From: the human T2T-CHM13v2.0 reference genome, Homo sapiens
Strand: one strand, 5' to 3'
Assembly: GCF_009914755.1 (NCBI RefSeq)
Contig: NC_060940.1
Length of the DNA: 64,000 nt
Of the stretch, positions 14,249-27,096 are shown piece after piece. How positions within the stretch are numbered: position 1 is the first letter of the stretch; every line of letters begins with the position of its first letter. Both the position numbers and the translations under genes were made by a program. Below the pieces are notes generated by a model, which was not told where the DNA came from, ran no database searches, and was given only the letters and a program-made list of their open reading frames with translations.

Positions 14249-16079
14249 GAGTCTATTTATGTATTATATTCGTGTCCACTTCATGATTCCATTCAATTCC
14301 ATTTAATGTTGATTCCATTTGATTCCATTTGATGATTCAGTTCGATTCCTTGCAATGATTCCCTACGATTCCTTTCTCTGATGATTCCATTCGATTCCAT
14401 TCATTGATGATTTCATTCGACTCCATTCGATGATGATTCTTTCGATTCCATTTGACGATGTTTCCATTCGAGTCCATTCGATGATGATTCTATTCAATTC
14501 TGTTCTATTATGATTCCATTCGATTTCATTCAATGCTTCTATTTGATTCCATTCGATGATGATTCCATCTCTTTCCCTTCGATGATTCCATTTGATTCCA
14601 TTCAGTGATGATTCCATTTGATTCCATCTGATGATGATTTCACTTGATTCCTTTCAATGATGATTCAATTCAAGTCCATTCGATGATTCCATTGGAGTCC
14701 AAACGATCATTCCGTTCGATTCCATTCAATGGTGATTCCATTCATGTCCATTCGATGAATCCATTCAATTCCATTCGATGATGACTCCATTCGAGTACAT
14801 TCGATGATTCCATTTGATTCCATTTGAAGATGATTCCATTCAATTCCATTCGAAGATGATTCCATTCAATTCCATTCGATGATGATTCCGTATGAATCCA
14901 TTCTCTGATTATTCCATTCGATTCCATTCATTGACGATTCCATTCAATTCCATTCAATGATGATTCTCTTCTATTCCATTCGATGATTCTGGTCGATTCC
15001 ATTCGATGATGATTCCATTAGATTCCATTCGATTGTTGCATTCGATTCCCTTCGATGATGATTCCTTTGAATTCCATTCGATTATCATTCCGTATGAATC
15101 CATTTGATGATTATTCCATTGGATTCCTTTCGATGATGATTCCATTCGATTCCATTTGATGATGTTTCTCTTGTATTCCATTGGATAATTCCTTTCAGTT
15201 CCCTTCGATGATTATTCTTTCAAGTCAATTCGATGATTCTATTCCATTCCCTTCGATGATGATTCCATTTCACTCCATTTGATGATTCCATTCGACTCAA
15301 TTTGGTGATGATTCAATTCGATGACATTCGATGACTCCATTCAATTTCATTTGATGATGATTACATTCGAGTCCATTTGATGATTGTATTCCTTTCCTTT
15401 TGATGATTATTCCATTCGTGTCTATTCAAAGGTTCCATTCTATTCCATTCAATGATGATTGCATTTGATTCCATTCAATGATTATGGCTATCGATTCCAC
15501 TCGTTGATTCCATTTGATTCCGTTCGATGATTATTCCGTTAGATTCCATTAGAAGATTCCATTCGATTTTATTCAATGATTCCAATGGATTCCATTCAAT
15601 GATGATTCCATTCGACTCCATTCAGTGATTCCATTCGAGTCCATTTGATGATTCCATTCTTTTCCATTTGATGATGATTCCATTAGGGTCCATTCAATGA
15701 TTCCATTCGAGTCCATTCGTTAATGCCTTTCGAGTCCTTTTGATCACTACATTCGAGTCCATTCAATGATTCTATTCGATTCCATTCCATGATGATTCCA
15801 TTCGAGTTCATTCGATGATTGCATTCGAGTCCATTTGATGATTCCATATGATTCCCTTCGACAATGATTCCATTCGTGTCCATTTGATGATTCCATTCAT
15901 TTCCTATCGATGAAGATTCCATTCAAGTGTATTCGATGATTCCATTCAAATCCATTCGATGATGATTCCATTCCAGTCCATTCGATCATTCCACTTGATT
16001 CCATTTGATGACTATTCCATTCAAATCCATTTGATGATTCCATTCGATTCCATTCGATGTTACCATTCGAGTATATACG
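14249..16079 (+). repeat. Diverged HSat2 block (~1.83 kb), copy 2
   Basis: Same sequence as 10120-11950 at offset 4129. Confidence 0.85.
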
Positions 16080-16213
16080 ATGATTCCACTCGATTCCATT
16101 TGATGATTATTCCATTGGAGTCCACTTAGTGAATCCTTTAGATTCTACTGGAAGATGATTCCATTCGAGTCCATTCGATGATACCATTCAATTCCATTCG
16201 TTGATGCTTCCAT

Positions 16214-19200
16214 TCAAGTGCATTCGATGATATCATTCGATTCCATTTGATGATAATTCCATTTGATTCCATGCGATGATTCTATTCGATTCCATTCAAT
16301 AATAATTCCATTCAATTCAGTGATTCCTCTGGACTCCATTTGATGATGATTCCATTCAATGATTCCATTCGATTCTATTCGAAAATGATTCCATTTGAAT
16401 CCATTTGATGATGATTCCATTGGATTCCATTTGATGATTCCATTCGATTCCATTCGATGATGATTCCATTCGATTCCTTTTGATGATTCCATTCTATTGT
16501 ATTCGATGATGATTCCATTCGATTCCATTCGATGATGATTGGATTCGATTCCATTTGATGATTTCATTTGATTCCATTCGATAATGATTTCGATCAATTC
16601 CATTCGATGATTCCATTCGATTCCATTCGATAATGATTACATCCGAGTCCATTCGATGATTCCATTTGAGCCCGTTCGATAATTCCATTTGAGTCCAATC
16701 AATGATTCCATTCATTTCCATTCAATGATTCCATTCGAGTCCATTTGATCATTCCGGTAGGGTCCGTTCGATATTGATTCCATTGGAGTGCATTCGATGA
16801 TTCCATTCGAGTCCATTTTAGGATTTGATTCGAGTCCTTTCGATGATTCCATTCGATTCCACTCGATGATTTCATTCGAGTCCATTCGACACTTCCAATC
16901 GATTCCATTTGATGATTCCATTCGAGTCCAATTGATGATTCCATTCAATTCCATTCGATGATGATTCCGTACGATTCCATTCTGTGATGATTCCATGTGA
17001 TTGCATTCAATGATGATTCCTTTCGATTGCATTCGATTATGATTCATTTCGTGTTCATTCTATGGTTCCACAGGTTTCCATTCGATGATGTTTCCATTCG
17101 TGTCCATTCCATTATTCCATTCTATTCCATTTGAAGATGATTCCATTCGATTCCATTCATTGGTGATTCCACTCAATTCCATTCAATGATTCCATTCCAT
17201 TTCTTTCAACAATGATTCCATTAGTTTCTATTCGATGATCCACTTGATTCCATTTGACGATGATTCCATTCGTGTCCATTCGATGATTCCATTTGATTCG
17301 ATATGATGATGATTCCATTCGATTCCATACGATGATGATTCCATTCGAGTCCATTCAATGGTGATTCCATTCAATTCCATTCGATGATTCCTTTCGATTC
17401 CATTCAATGATGATGGCATTCGATTCCTTTCGATCATTCCCTTTGATTCCATTCAAAGGTGATTTCATTCAAGTCCATTCGATAATTGCATTCGATTCCA
17501 TTCTATGATGATTCCATTCGAGTCCATTTGATGATTCCATTCAATTCAAGTCAATGATGATTCCATTCGATTCCACTCGATGATTCCATTGGATTCCATT
17601 CGATGATGATTCCATTCAAATCCATTCGATAATTCAATTCAAGTCCATTCGATGATGATTCCAATCGAATCCATTCAAAGATTCCACTCAATTCCATTCG
17701 ATGATGATTCCCTTAGATTCCATTCGATGATTCCACTTGATTCCATTTACGATGATTCCATTCGATTCCATGTGATGATTCCATTCAATTCTATTCAATG
17801 ATGTTTCCACTTGATTCCATTCGAACATGATTGCCTTTGATTCCATTCAATGATTCCATACGGTTCCATTTGATGATGATTCCATTGGAGTGCATTAGAT
17901 GATTCCATCCGAGTCCATTTGATGATTCCATTCGATTCCATTCGATGTTGATTCTGTTCAAATACATTCGATGATTCCACTCGATTCCATTCGATGACTC
18001 CATTTGATCCCATTCGATGATTTCCTTTGATTCCCTTTGATGATCATTCCATTTGATTCAATTCGGTGATTTCATTTGATTCCATTCAGTGATGTTTCCA
18101 TTCAACTCCTTTCGATGATGATTCCATTCGACTCCATTCGATTATGATTTCATTCAATTCCATTCGATAATGATTCCCTTCAAGTCCATTCGATGATTCC
18201 ATTCGATTCCATTCAACGATGATTTGATTCGTGTCCATTCGATGATTCCATTTGATTCCATTTGATGATGATTCCATTCGAGTCCCTTTGATGATTCCAT
18301 TCAATTCCATTCTCCGATGATTTCTTTTGAGCCCATTCAATGCTTCCACTCGATTCCATATGATGATGACTCCATTTGATGAAATTCCATGATGATTCCA
18401 TTCGCTTGCATTCGATGATGATTCCACTTGAGTCCGTTAGAAGATTCTATTCAATTACATTCCATGACGATTCTGTTCGAGTCCATTTGATGATTCCATT
18501 AGACTCCATTCGACGATGATTCCATTCGATGTTATTCGATGATGATTCCATTCAACTCCATTCGATGTTTCCATTCGAGGTCATTCTATTATTCCATTAG
18601 ATTCCATTCGATGATGATTCCATTCGATTCCATTTGATGATTGCATTCTATTTCATTTGATGATGATTCCATTCGAGTCCATTCGATGATTCCATTCGAG
18701 TCCATTTAATGAATCCATTGGTTTCAATTCTATGATGATTACATTGGATTCCATTCGTTGATGATTTCATTCGATTCCATTCAATGATGATTCCATTCAA
18801 TTCCATTCAATGATTCCATTCAATTCCATACGATGATGATTCCATTTGATTTGATTCGACAGTGAGCCATTCGATTCAATTCCATGATGATTCTATTTTA
18901 TTCAATTGGTTGACATTTCCATTCGATTCCATTCGATGATGATTCCCCTTGATTCCATTCAAAGCTGATTCCATTCTAGCCCATTCAATCATTCCATTCG
19001 ATTCTATTCAATGATGATTCCATTCATGTCGATTTGGTGATTCCATTTGACCTCATTTGATGATGATTCTTTTCAAGTTCATTAGATGATTCCATTCGAT
19101 TCCATTTGATGATGATCCCATTCGAGTCCATTTGATGATTCCACTCGTTTCCATTCCATGATGATTCCATTCCATTCCATTCAATGATTCCATTCGATTC

Positions 19201-22200
19201 CGTTTGATGATGATTTCATTCGAGTCCATTTGATGATTCCATTTGATTCCATTCGATGATGATTACATTCGACTCCATACGATGATTCCACTCAATTCCA
19301 TATGATGATGATTCCATTCGAATCCATTCGATGATTCCACTTGATTCCATTTACGATGATTCCATTTTATTCCATGTGATGATTCCATTCAGTTCTATTC
19401 AATGCTGTTTCCATTTGATTCCATTCGACCATGATTGCCTTTGATTCCATTCAATGACTCCATTCGGTTCCTTTTGATGATGATTCCGTTCGATTCCATT
19501 TCATTATTCCATTTGATTCCATTGGATGAGTCCATTCGATTACATTCGATGATTATTCCATTCGAGTGCATTAGATGATTCCATTCGAGTCCATTCGATG
19601 ATTCCATTCGATTCCATTCGATGTTGATTCTGTTCAAATACATTCGATGATTCCACTCGATTCCATTCGATGACTCCAGTTGATCCCATTCGATGATTTC
19701 CTTTGATTCCCTTTGATGATCATTCCATTTGATTCAATTCGGTGATTTCATTTGATTCCATTCAGTGATGTTTCCATTCGACTCCATTCGATGATGATTC
19801 CATTCGACTCCATTCGATTATGATTTCATTCAATTCCATTCGATAATGATTCCCTTCGAGTCCATTCGATGATTCCATTCGATTCCATTCAACGATGATT
19901 TGATTCGTGTCCATTCGATGATTCCATTTGATTCCACTTGATGATGATTCCATTCGAGTCCATTTGATGATTCCATTCAATTCCATTCTCCGATGATTTC
20001 TTTTGAGCCCATTCAATGCTTCCACTCGATTCCATATGATGATGACTCCATTCGATGAAATTCGATGATGATTCCCTTTGATTCCATTCAAAGATGATTC
20101 CATTCTAGCCCATTCAATCATTCCATTCGATTCTATTCAATGATGATTCCATTCATGTCGATTTGGTGAATCCATTTGACTTCATTTGATGATGATTCCT
20201 TTCAAGTTCATTAGATGATTCCATTCGATTCCATTTGATGATGATCCCATTGGAGTCCATTCAGTGATTCCATTCGTTTCCATTCCATGATGATTCCATT
20301 CCATTCCATTCAATGATTCCATTCGATTCCGTTTGATGATGATTTCATTCGAGTCCATTTGATGATTCCATTGGATTCCATTCGATGATGATTCCATTCG
20401 AGTCCATTCGATGATTCTATTCGAATCCATTTGATGATTTCTTTTGATTATAGTTGGTGATGATTCCATTGGAGTCCATTCAATGATTCCATTCGATTCC
20501 AATCGATGGTGATTCCATTAGAGTCCATTTAACGATTCCATTTGATTCCAGTCTCTGATGATTACATTCGAGTCCATACGATGATTCCACTCAATTCCAT
20601 ATGATGATGATTCCATTCTATTCCATTCGATGATTCCATTCTATTCTATTCAATGGTGATTCCATTCGTGTACATTAGATGATTCCATTCGATTCCATTC
20701 AATGATGATTCTATTTGTGTCCCTTAGATGGTTCCACATGATTCCATTTCATGATGATACTATTTGAGCCCATCCAATGATTCCCTTCGATTCCATTCGA
20801 TGAGGATTCCATTCGATTCAATTCATTGGTGATTCTATTCAATTCAATTCTTTGATTCCATTCCATTCCATTCGACAATGATTCCATTCGATTTCTTTCG
20901 ATGATTCCACTCGATTCCACTTGACATTGATTCCATTCGATTCCATTCAATGATTCCGTTTGATTCCAGTGGATGATGATTGCCGTCGATTCCATTCGAT
21001 CACTCCATTCTATTCCATTTGATGATGATTACATTCGATTCCATTTGATGATTCCATCTGATTCTATTCGAGGATTCCATTTGATTCCATTCGATGATGA
21101 TTCCATTCGAGTGCATTCGATGATTTCATTCGAGTACATCCAATGATTCCATTCGAGTCCATTTGATGATTCCATTTGATTCCATTTGATTATGATTCTA
21201 CTAGAGTCCATTCAATGACTCCATTCGAATCCATTCAACAATTCCATTCGAGGCCATTCGATGATTCCATTTCATGATTCCATTCGAGTCCATTTAATCA
21301 TTACAGTCGAGTCCATTTGGTGATTCCACTGGATTTCTTTTGATAATGATACCATTCAATTACATTTGATGATGATCCCATTCAATTTCATTTGATGGTG
21401 ATTCCATTAGAGTCCATTCGATGATTTCATTCGAGTCCCTTCATTGATTCCATCCGATTTCATTGGATGATGACTCCATTCGAGTCCATTCGATGATTCC
21501 ACTCGATTCCATTAGATGATTCCATTGGAGTCCATTTGATTGTTCCATTCGATTCCGTTCGATTCCTTTCGAAGATTATTCCATTTGAGTCCATTCGATG
21601 ATGATTCCATTCCATTCCATTCGATGATTCCGTTTGATTCCATTCGATGATTCCCTTCGATTCCATTGTTTGATGATTCCATTCCATTCCATTCAATGAT
21701 TCCATTCGAATCTATTCCATGATGATTCCTTTCGATTCCATTCGCTGATGTTTCCGTTCAATTCCATTCGATGATGATTCCATTCGATTCCATTCATTGA
21801 GGATTCCATTTGATTCCATTCAATGATGATTCCATTCTATTCCATTCAATGATTGCATTCAATTCCATTCAATGATTATCCCATTAGAGTAAACTCAACG
21901 ATTCCATTCAATACCATTCGATGATGATTCCTTTTGAGTCCATTCAATGATTTCATTCAAGTCCATTTGATGATTCCTTTCAATTCCATTCTATGATGAT
22001 TCCATTCGAGTCCATTCGATGATTCCATTCGATTGCATTCGATGATTCCATTATATTCCATTCAACGATGATTCCATTCGAGTCCATTTGATGATTCCAT
22101 TAGAGTACATTTAATGATTGCTTTGTTTTCAATTCGAAGATGATTACATTCGATTCCATTCTATGATACCATTCGATTCCATTCAATGATGATTCCTCTC

Positions 22201-23365
22201 AAATCCATTGGATGATTCCATTCGTGTCCATTCGGTGATTTCATTAGATTCCATTCGAGGATGATTCCATTCGATTCCATTCGATGATTCCATTCAATTC
22301 CATTCGATGATGATTCCATTCCAGTCCATATGATCATTCCATTTGATTTCATTCGATGATGATTCCATTCGATTCCATTCGATGATTCCATTCTATTCCA
22401 TTCGATGATGATTCCATTCGAGTCCATTCGATGATTCCATTCGAGTCCATTTAATGATTCCATTGGGTTCAATTCAATGATGATTACATTGGATTCCGTT
22501 CTATGATTCCATTCAATTCCGTTCATTGACTATTTGATTCCATTCGATGATGATTCCATTTGAGTTCATTCGATGATTCTATTCGATTCTCTTCGATGGT
22601 GATTCAATTCTATTATATTGGATGATTCCATTCGATTCCATTTGATGTTGATTCAATTCGATTCTATTCGATGATGATTCCATTGGATTTCACTTGATGA
22701 TTCTATTCGATTCCATTCAATGATGATTCACTTCTCGTCCATTGGATGATTCCATTTCATTCCATTCGATGATGATTCCATTCGATTCCATTCGATGATT
22801 CCATTTGATTCCATGCGTCGGTGAGCAATTCGATTCAATTCCATGATGATTCTATTTGATTCAATTAGATGATGTTTCCATTCGAATCCATTCCATGATT
22901 ATTCCATTGGAATCCATTCGGTGATGATTCCATATGAGTCAATTCAATGATGATTCCATATGGGTCCGTTCGATGATAATTCCATTTGATTTCATTCGGT
23001 GCTTCTATTCAATTCCAGTCGATGATGATTCCGTTGGAGTCCATACGATGATTCCATTTGATTTCATTTGATGATGATTCCATTCGATGATGATTACATT
23101 GGATTCCATTCTATGATTCCATTCAATTCCATTCGTTGATGATTCGATTCCATTCAATGATGATTCTATTTGAGTTCATTCGATGATTCTATTCGATTCC
23201 GTTCGATGGTGATTCAATTCTCTTATATTGGATGAATCCACTCGATACCATTTGATGATTATTCCATTGGAGTCCACTTAGTGAATCCTTCAGATTCTAC
23301 TCGAAGATGATTCCATTCAAGTCCATTCGATGATACCATTCAATTCCATTCGTTGATGCTTCCAT
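16214..23365 (+). repeat. Variant higher-order unit, 7152 bp (sister of the 7031-bp unit)
   Basis: ORF offsets of 15289 (1410/16699 to 4473/19762) then 15459 (5252/20711, 6001/21460). 7152 = 7031 + 170 - 49. Confidence 0.9.
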
Positions 23366-26300
23366 TCAAGTGCATTCGATGATATCATTCGATTCCATTT
23401 GATGATAATTCCATTTGATTCCATGCGATGATTCTATTCGATTCCATTCAATGATAATTCCATTCAGTTCAGTGATTCCTCTGGACTCCATTTGATGATG
23501 ATTCCATTCAATGATTCCATTTGATTCTATTCGAAAATGATTCCATTTGAATCCATTTGATGATGATTCCATTAGATTCCATTTGATGATTCCATTCGAT
23601 TCCATGCGACGATGATTCCATTCGATTCCATTCGATGATGATTGGATTCGATTCCATTTGATGATTTCATTTGATTCCATTCGTTAATGATTTCGATCAA
23701 TTCCATTCGATGATTCCATTCGATTCCATTCGATAATGATTACATCCGTGTCCATTCAATGATTCCATTTGAGCCTGTTCGATAATTCCATTTGTGTCCA
23801 ACCAATGATTCCATTCATTTCCATTCAATGATTCCATTCGAGTCCATTTGATCATTCCGGTAGGGTCCATTCGATGTTGATTCCATTGGAGTGCATTCGA
23901 TGATTCCATTCGAGTCCATTTTATGATTTGATTCGAGTCCTTTCGATGATTCCATTCGATTCCACTCGATGATGATTTCATTCGAGTCCATTCGACACTT
24001 CCAATCGATTCCATTTGATGTTTCCATTCGAGTCCAATTGATGATTCCATTCAATTCCATTCGATGATGATTCCGTACGATTCCATTCTGTGATGATTCC
24101 ATGTGATTGCATTCAATGATGATTCCTTTAGATTGCATTCGATTGTGATTCATTTCGTCTTCATTCTATGGTTCCACAGGTTTCCATTCGTGTCCATTCC
24201 ATTATTCCATTCTATTCCATTTGATGATGATTCCATTCGATTCCATTCATTGGTGATTCCACTCAATTCCATTCAATGATTCCATTCCATTTCTTTCAAC
24301 AATGATTCCATTAGTTTCTAATCGATGATCCACTTGATTCCATTTGACGACGCTTCCATTCTTGTCCATTCGATGATTCCATTTGATTCCATATGATGAT
24401 GATTCCATTCGATTCCATACCATGATGATTCCATTCGAGTCCATTCAATGGTGATTCCATTCAATTCCATTCGATGATTCCTTTCGATTCCATTCGATGA
24501 TGATGGCATTCGATTCCTTTCAATCATTCCCTTTGATTCCATTCAAAGGTGATTTCATTCAAGTCCATTCGATAATTGCATTCGATTCCATTCTATGATG
24601 ATTCCATTCGAGTCCATTTGATGATTCCATTCAATTCAAGTCAATGATGATTCCATTCGATTCCATTCGATGATTCCATTGGATTCCATTCGATGATGAT
24701 TCCATTCAAATCCATTCGATAATTCAATTCAAGTCCATTCGATGATGATTAAAATGGAATCCATTCAAAGATTCCATTCAGTTCCATTCGATGATTCCCT
24801 TAGATTCCATTCGATGATTCCACTTGATTTCATTTACGATGATTCCATTCGATTCCACGTGATGATTCCATTCAATTCTATTCAATGCTGTTTCCATTTG
24901 ATTCCATTCGACCATGATTGCCTTTGATTCCATTCAATGACTCCATTCGGTTCCTTTTGATGATGATTCCGTTCGATTCCATTTGATGATTCCATTTGAT
25001 TCCATTGGATGAGTCCATTCGATTACATTCGATGATTATTCCATGCGAGTGCATTAGATGATTCCATTCGAGTCCATTCGATGATTCCATTCGATTCCAT
25101 TCGATGTTGATTCTGTTCAAATCCATTCGATGATTCCACTCGATTCCATTCGATGACTCCAGTTGATCCCATTCGATGATTTCCTTTGATTCCCTTTGAT
25201 GATCATTCCATTTGATTCAATTCGGTGATTTCATTTGATTCCATTCAGTGATGTTTCCATTCGACTCCATTCGATGATGATTCCATTCGACTCCATTCGA
25301 TTATGATTTCATTCAATTCCATTCGATAATGATTCCCTTCGAGTCCATTCGATGATTCCATTCGATTCCATTCAACGATGATTTGATTCGTGTCCATTCG
25401 ATGATTCCATTTGATTCCACTTGATGATGATTCCATTCGAGTCCATTAGATGATTCCATTCAATTCCATTCTCCGATGATTTCTTTTGAGCCCATTCAAT
25501 GCTTCCACTCGATTCCATATGATGATGACTCCATTCGATGAAATTCGATGATGATTCCCTTTGATTCCATTCAAAGATGATTCCATTCTAGCCCATTCAA
25601 TCATTCCATTCGATTCTATTCAATGATGATTCCATTCATGTCGATTTGGTGATTCCATTTGACTTCATTTGATGATGATTCCTTTCAAGTTCATTAGATG
25701 ATTCCATTCGATTCCATTTGATGATGATCCCATTCGAGTCCATTCAGTGATTCCACTCGTTTCCATTCCATGATGATTCCATTCCATTCCATTCAATGAT
25801 TCCATTCGATTCCGTTGGATGATGATTTCATTCGAGTCCATTTGATGATTCCATTTGATTCCATTCGATGATGATTCCATTCGAGTCCATTCGATGATTC
25901 TATTCGAATCCATTTGATGATTTCTTTTGATTATAGTTGGTGATGATTCCATTGGAGTCCATTCAATGATTCCATTCGATTCCAATCGATGGTGATTCCA
26001 TTAGAGTCCATTTAATGATTCCATTTGATTCCAGTCTCTGATGATTACATTCGAGTCCATACGATGATTCCACTCAATTCCATATGATGATGATTCCATT
26101 CTATTCCATTCGATGATTCCATTCTATTCTATTCGATAATGATTCCATTCGAGTCCATTCGATGATTCCATTCGAGTCCATTTAATGATTCCATTGGGTT
26201 CAATTCAATGATGATTACATTGGATTCCGTTCTATGATTCCATTCAATTCCGTTCATTGACAATTTGATTCCATTCGATGATGATTCCATTTGAGTTCAT

Positions 26301-27096
26301 TCGATGATTCTATTCGATTCTCTTCGATGGTGATTCAATTCTATTATATTGGATGATTCCATTCGATTCCATTTGATGTTGATTCAATTCGATTCTATTC
26401 GATGATGATTCCATTGGATTTCACTTGATGATTCTATTCGATTCCATTCAATGATGATTCACTTCTCGTCCATTGGATGATTCCATTTCATTCCATTCGA
26501 TGATGATTCCATTCGATTCCATTCGATGATTCCATTTGATTCCATGCGACGGTGAGCAATTCGATTCAATTCCATGATGATTCTATTTGATTCAATTAGA
26601 TGATGTTTCCATTCGAATCCATTCCATGATTATTCCATTGGAATCCATTCGGCGATGATTCCATATGAGTCAATTCAATGATGATTCCATATGGGTCCGT
26701 TCGATGATAATTCCATTTGATTTCATTCGATGCTTCTATTCTATTCCAGTCGATGATGATTCCGTTGGAGTCCATACGATGATTCCATTTGATTTCATTT
26801 GATGATGATTCCATTCGATGATGATTACATTGGATTCCATTCTATGATTCCATTCAATTCCATTCGTTGATGATTCGATTCCATTCAATGATGATTCCAT
26901 TTGAGTTCATTCGATGATTCTATTCGATTCCGTTCGATGGTGATTCAATTCTATTATATTGGATGATTCCACTCGATTCCATTTGATGATTATTCCATTG
27001 GAGTCCACTTAGTGAATCCTTTAGATTCTACTCGACGATGATTCCATTCGAGTCCATTCGATGATACCATTCAATTCCATTCGTTGATGCTTCCAT
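23366..27096 (+). repeat. Deleted higher-order unit, 3731 bp
   Basis: 6112 - 49 (~23630) - 570 (~25555) - 1762 (~26130) = 3731. Confidence 0.88.

Larger units (their letters stand above)
8370..16630 (+). repeat. Tandem duplication, 2 x 4129 bp
   Basis: Constant 4129 offset of ORFs (8441/12570, 9536/13665, 10234/14363, 10825/14954, 11554/15683, 12085/16214). Private variant CATTCTGGTAGGATCC at ~8492 and ~12621. Confidence 0.93.
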
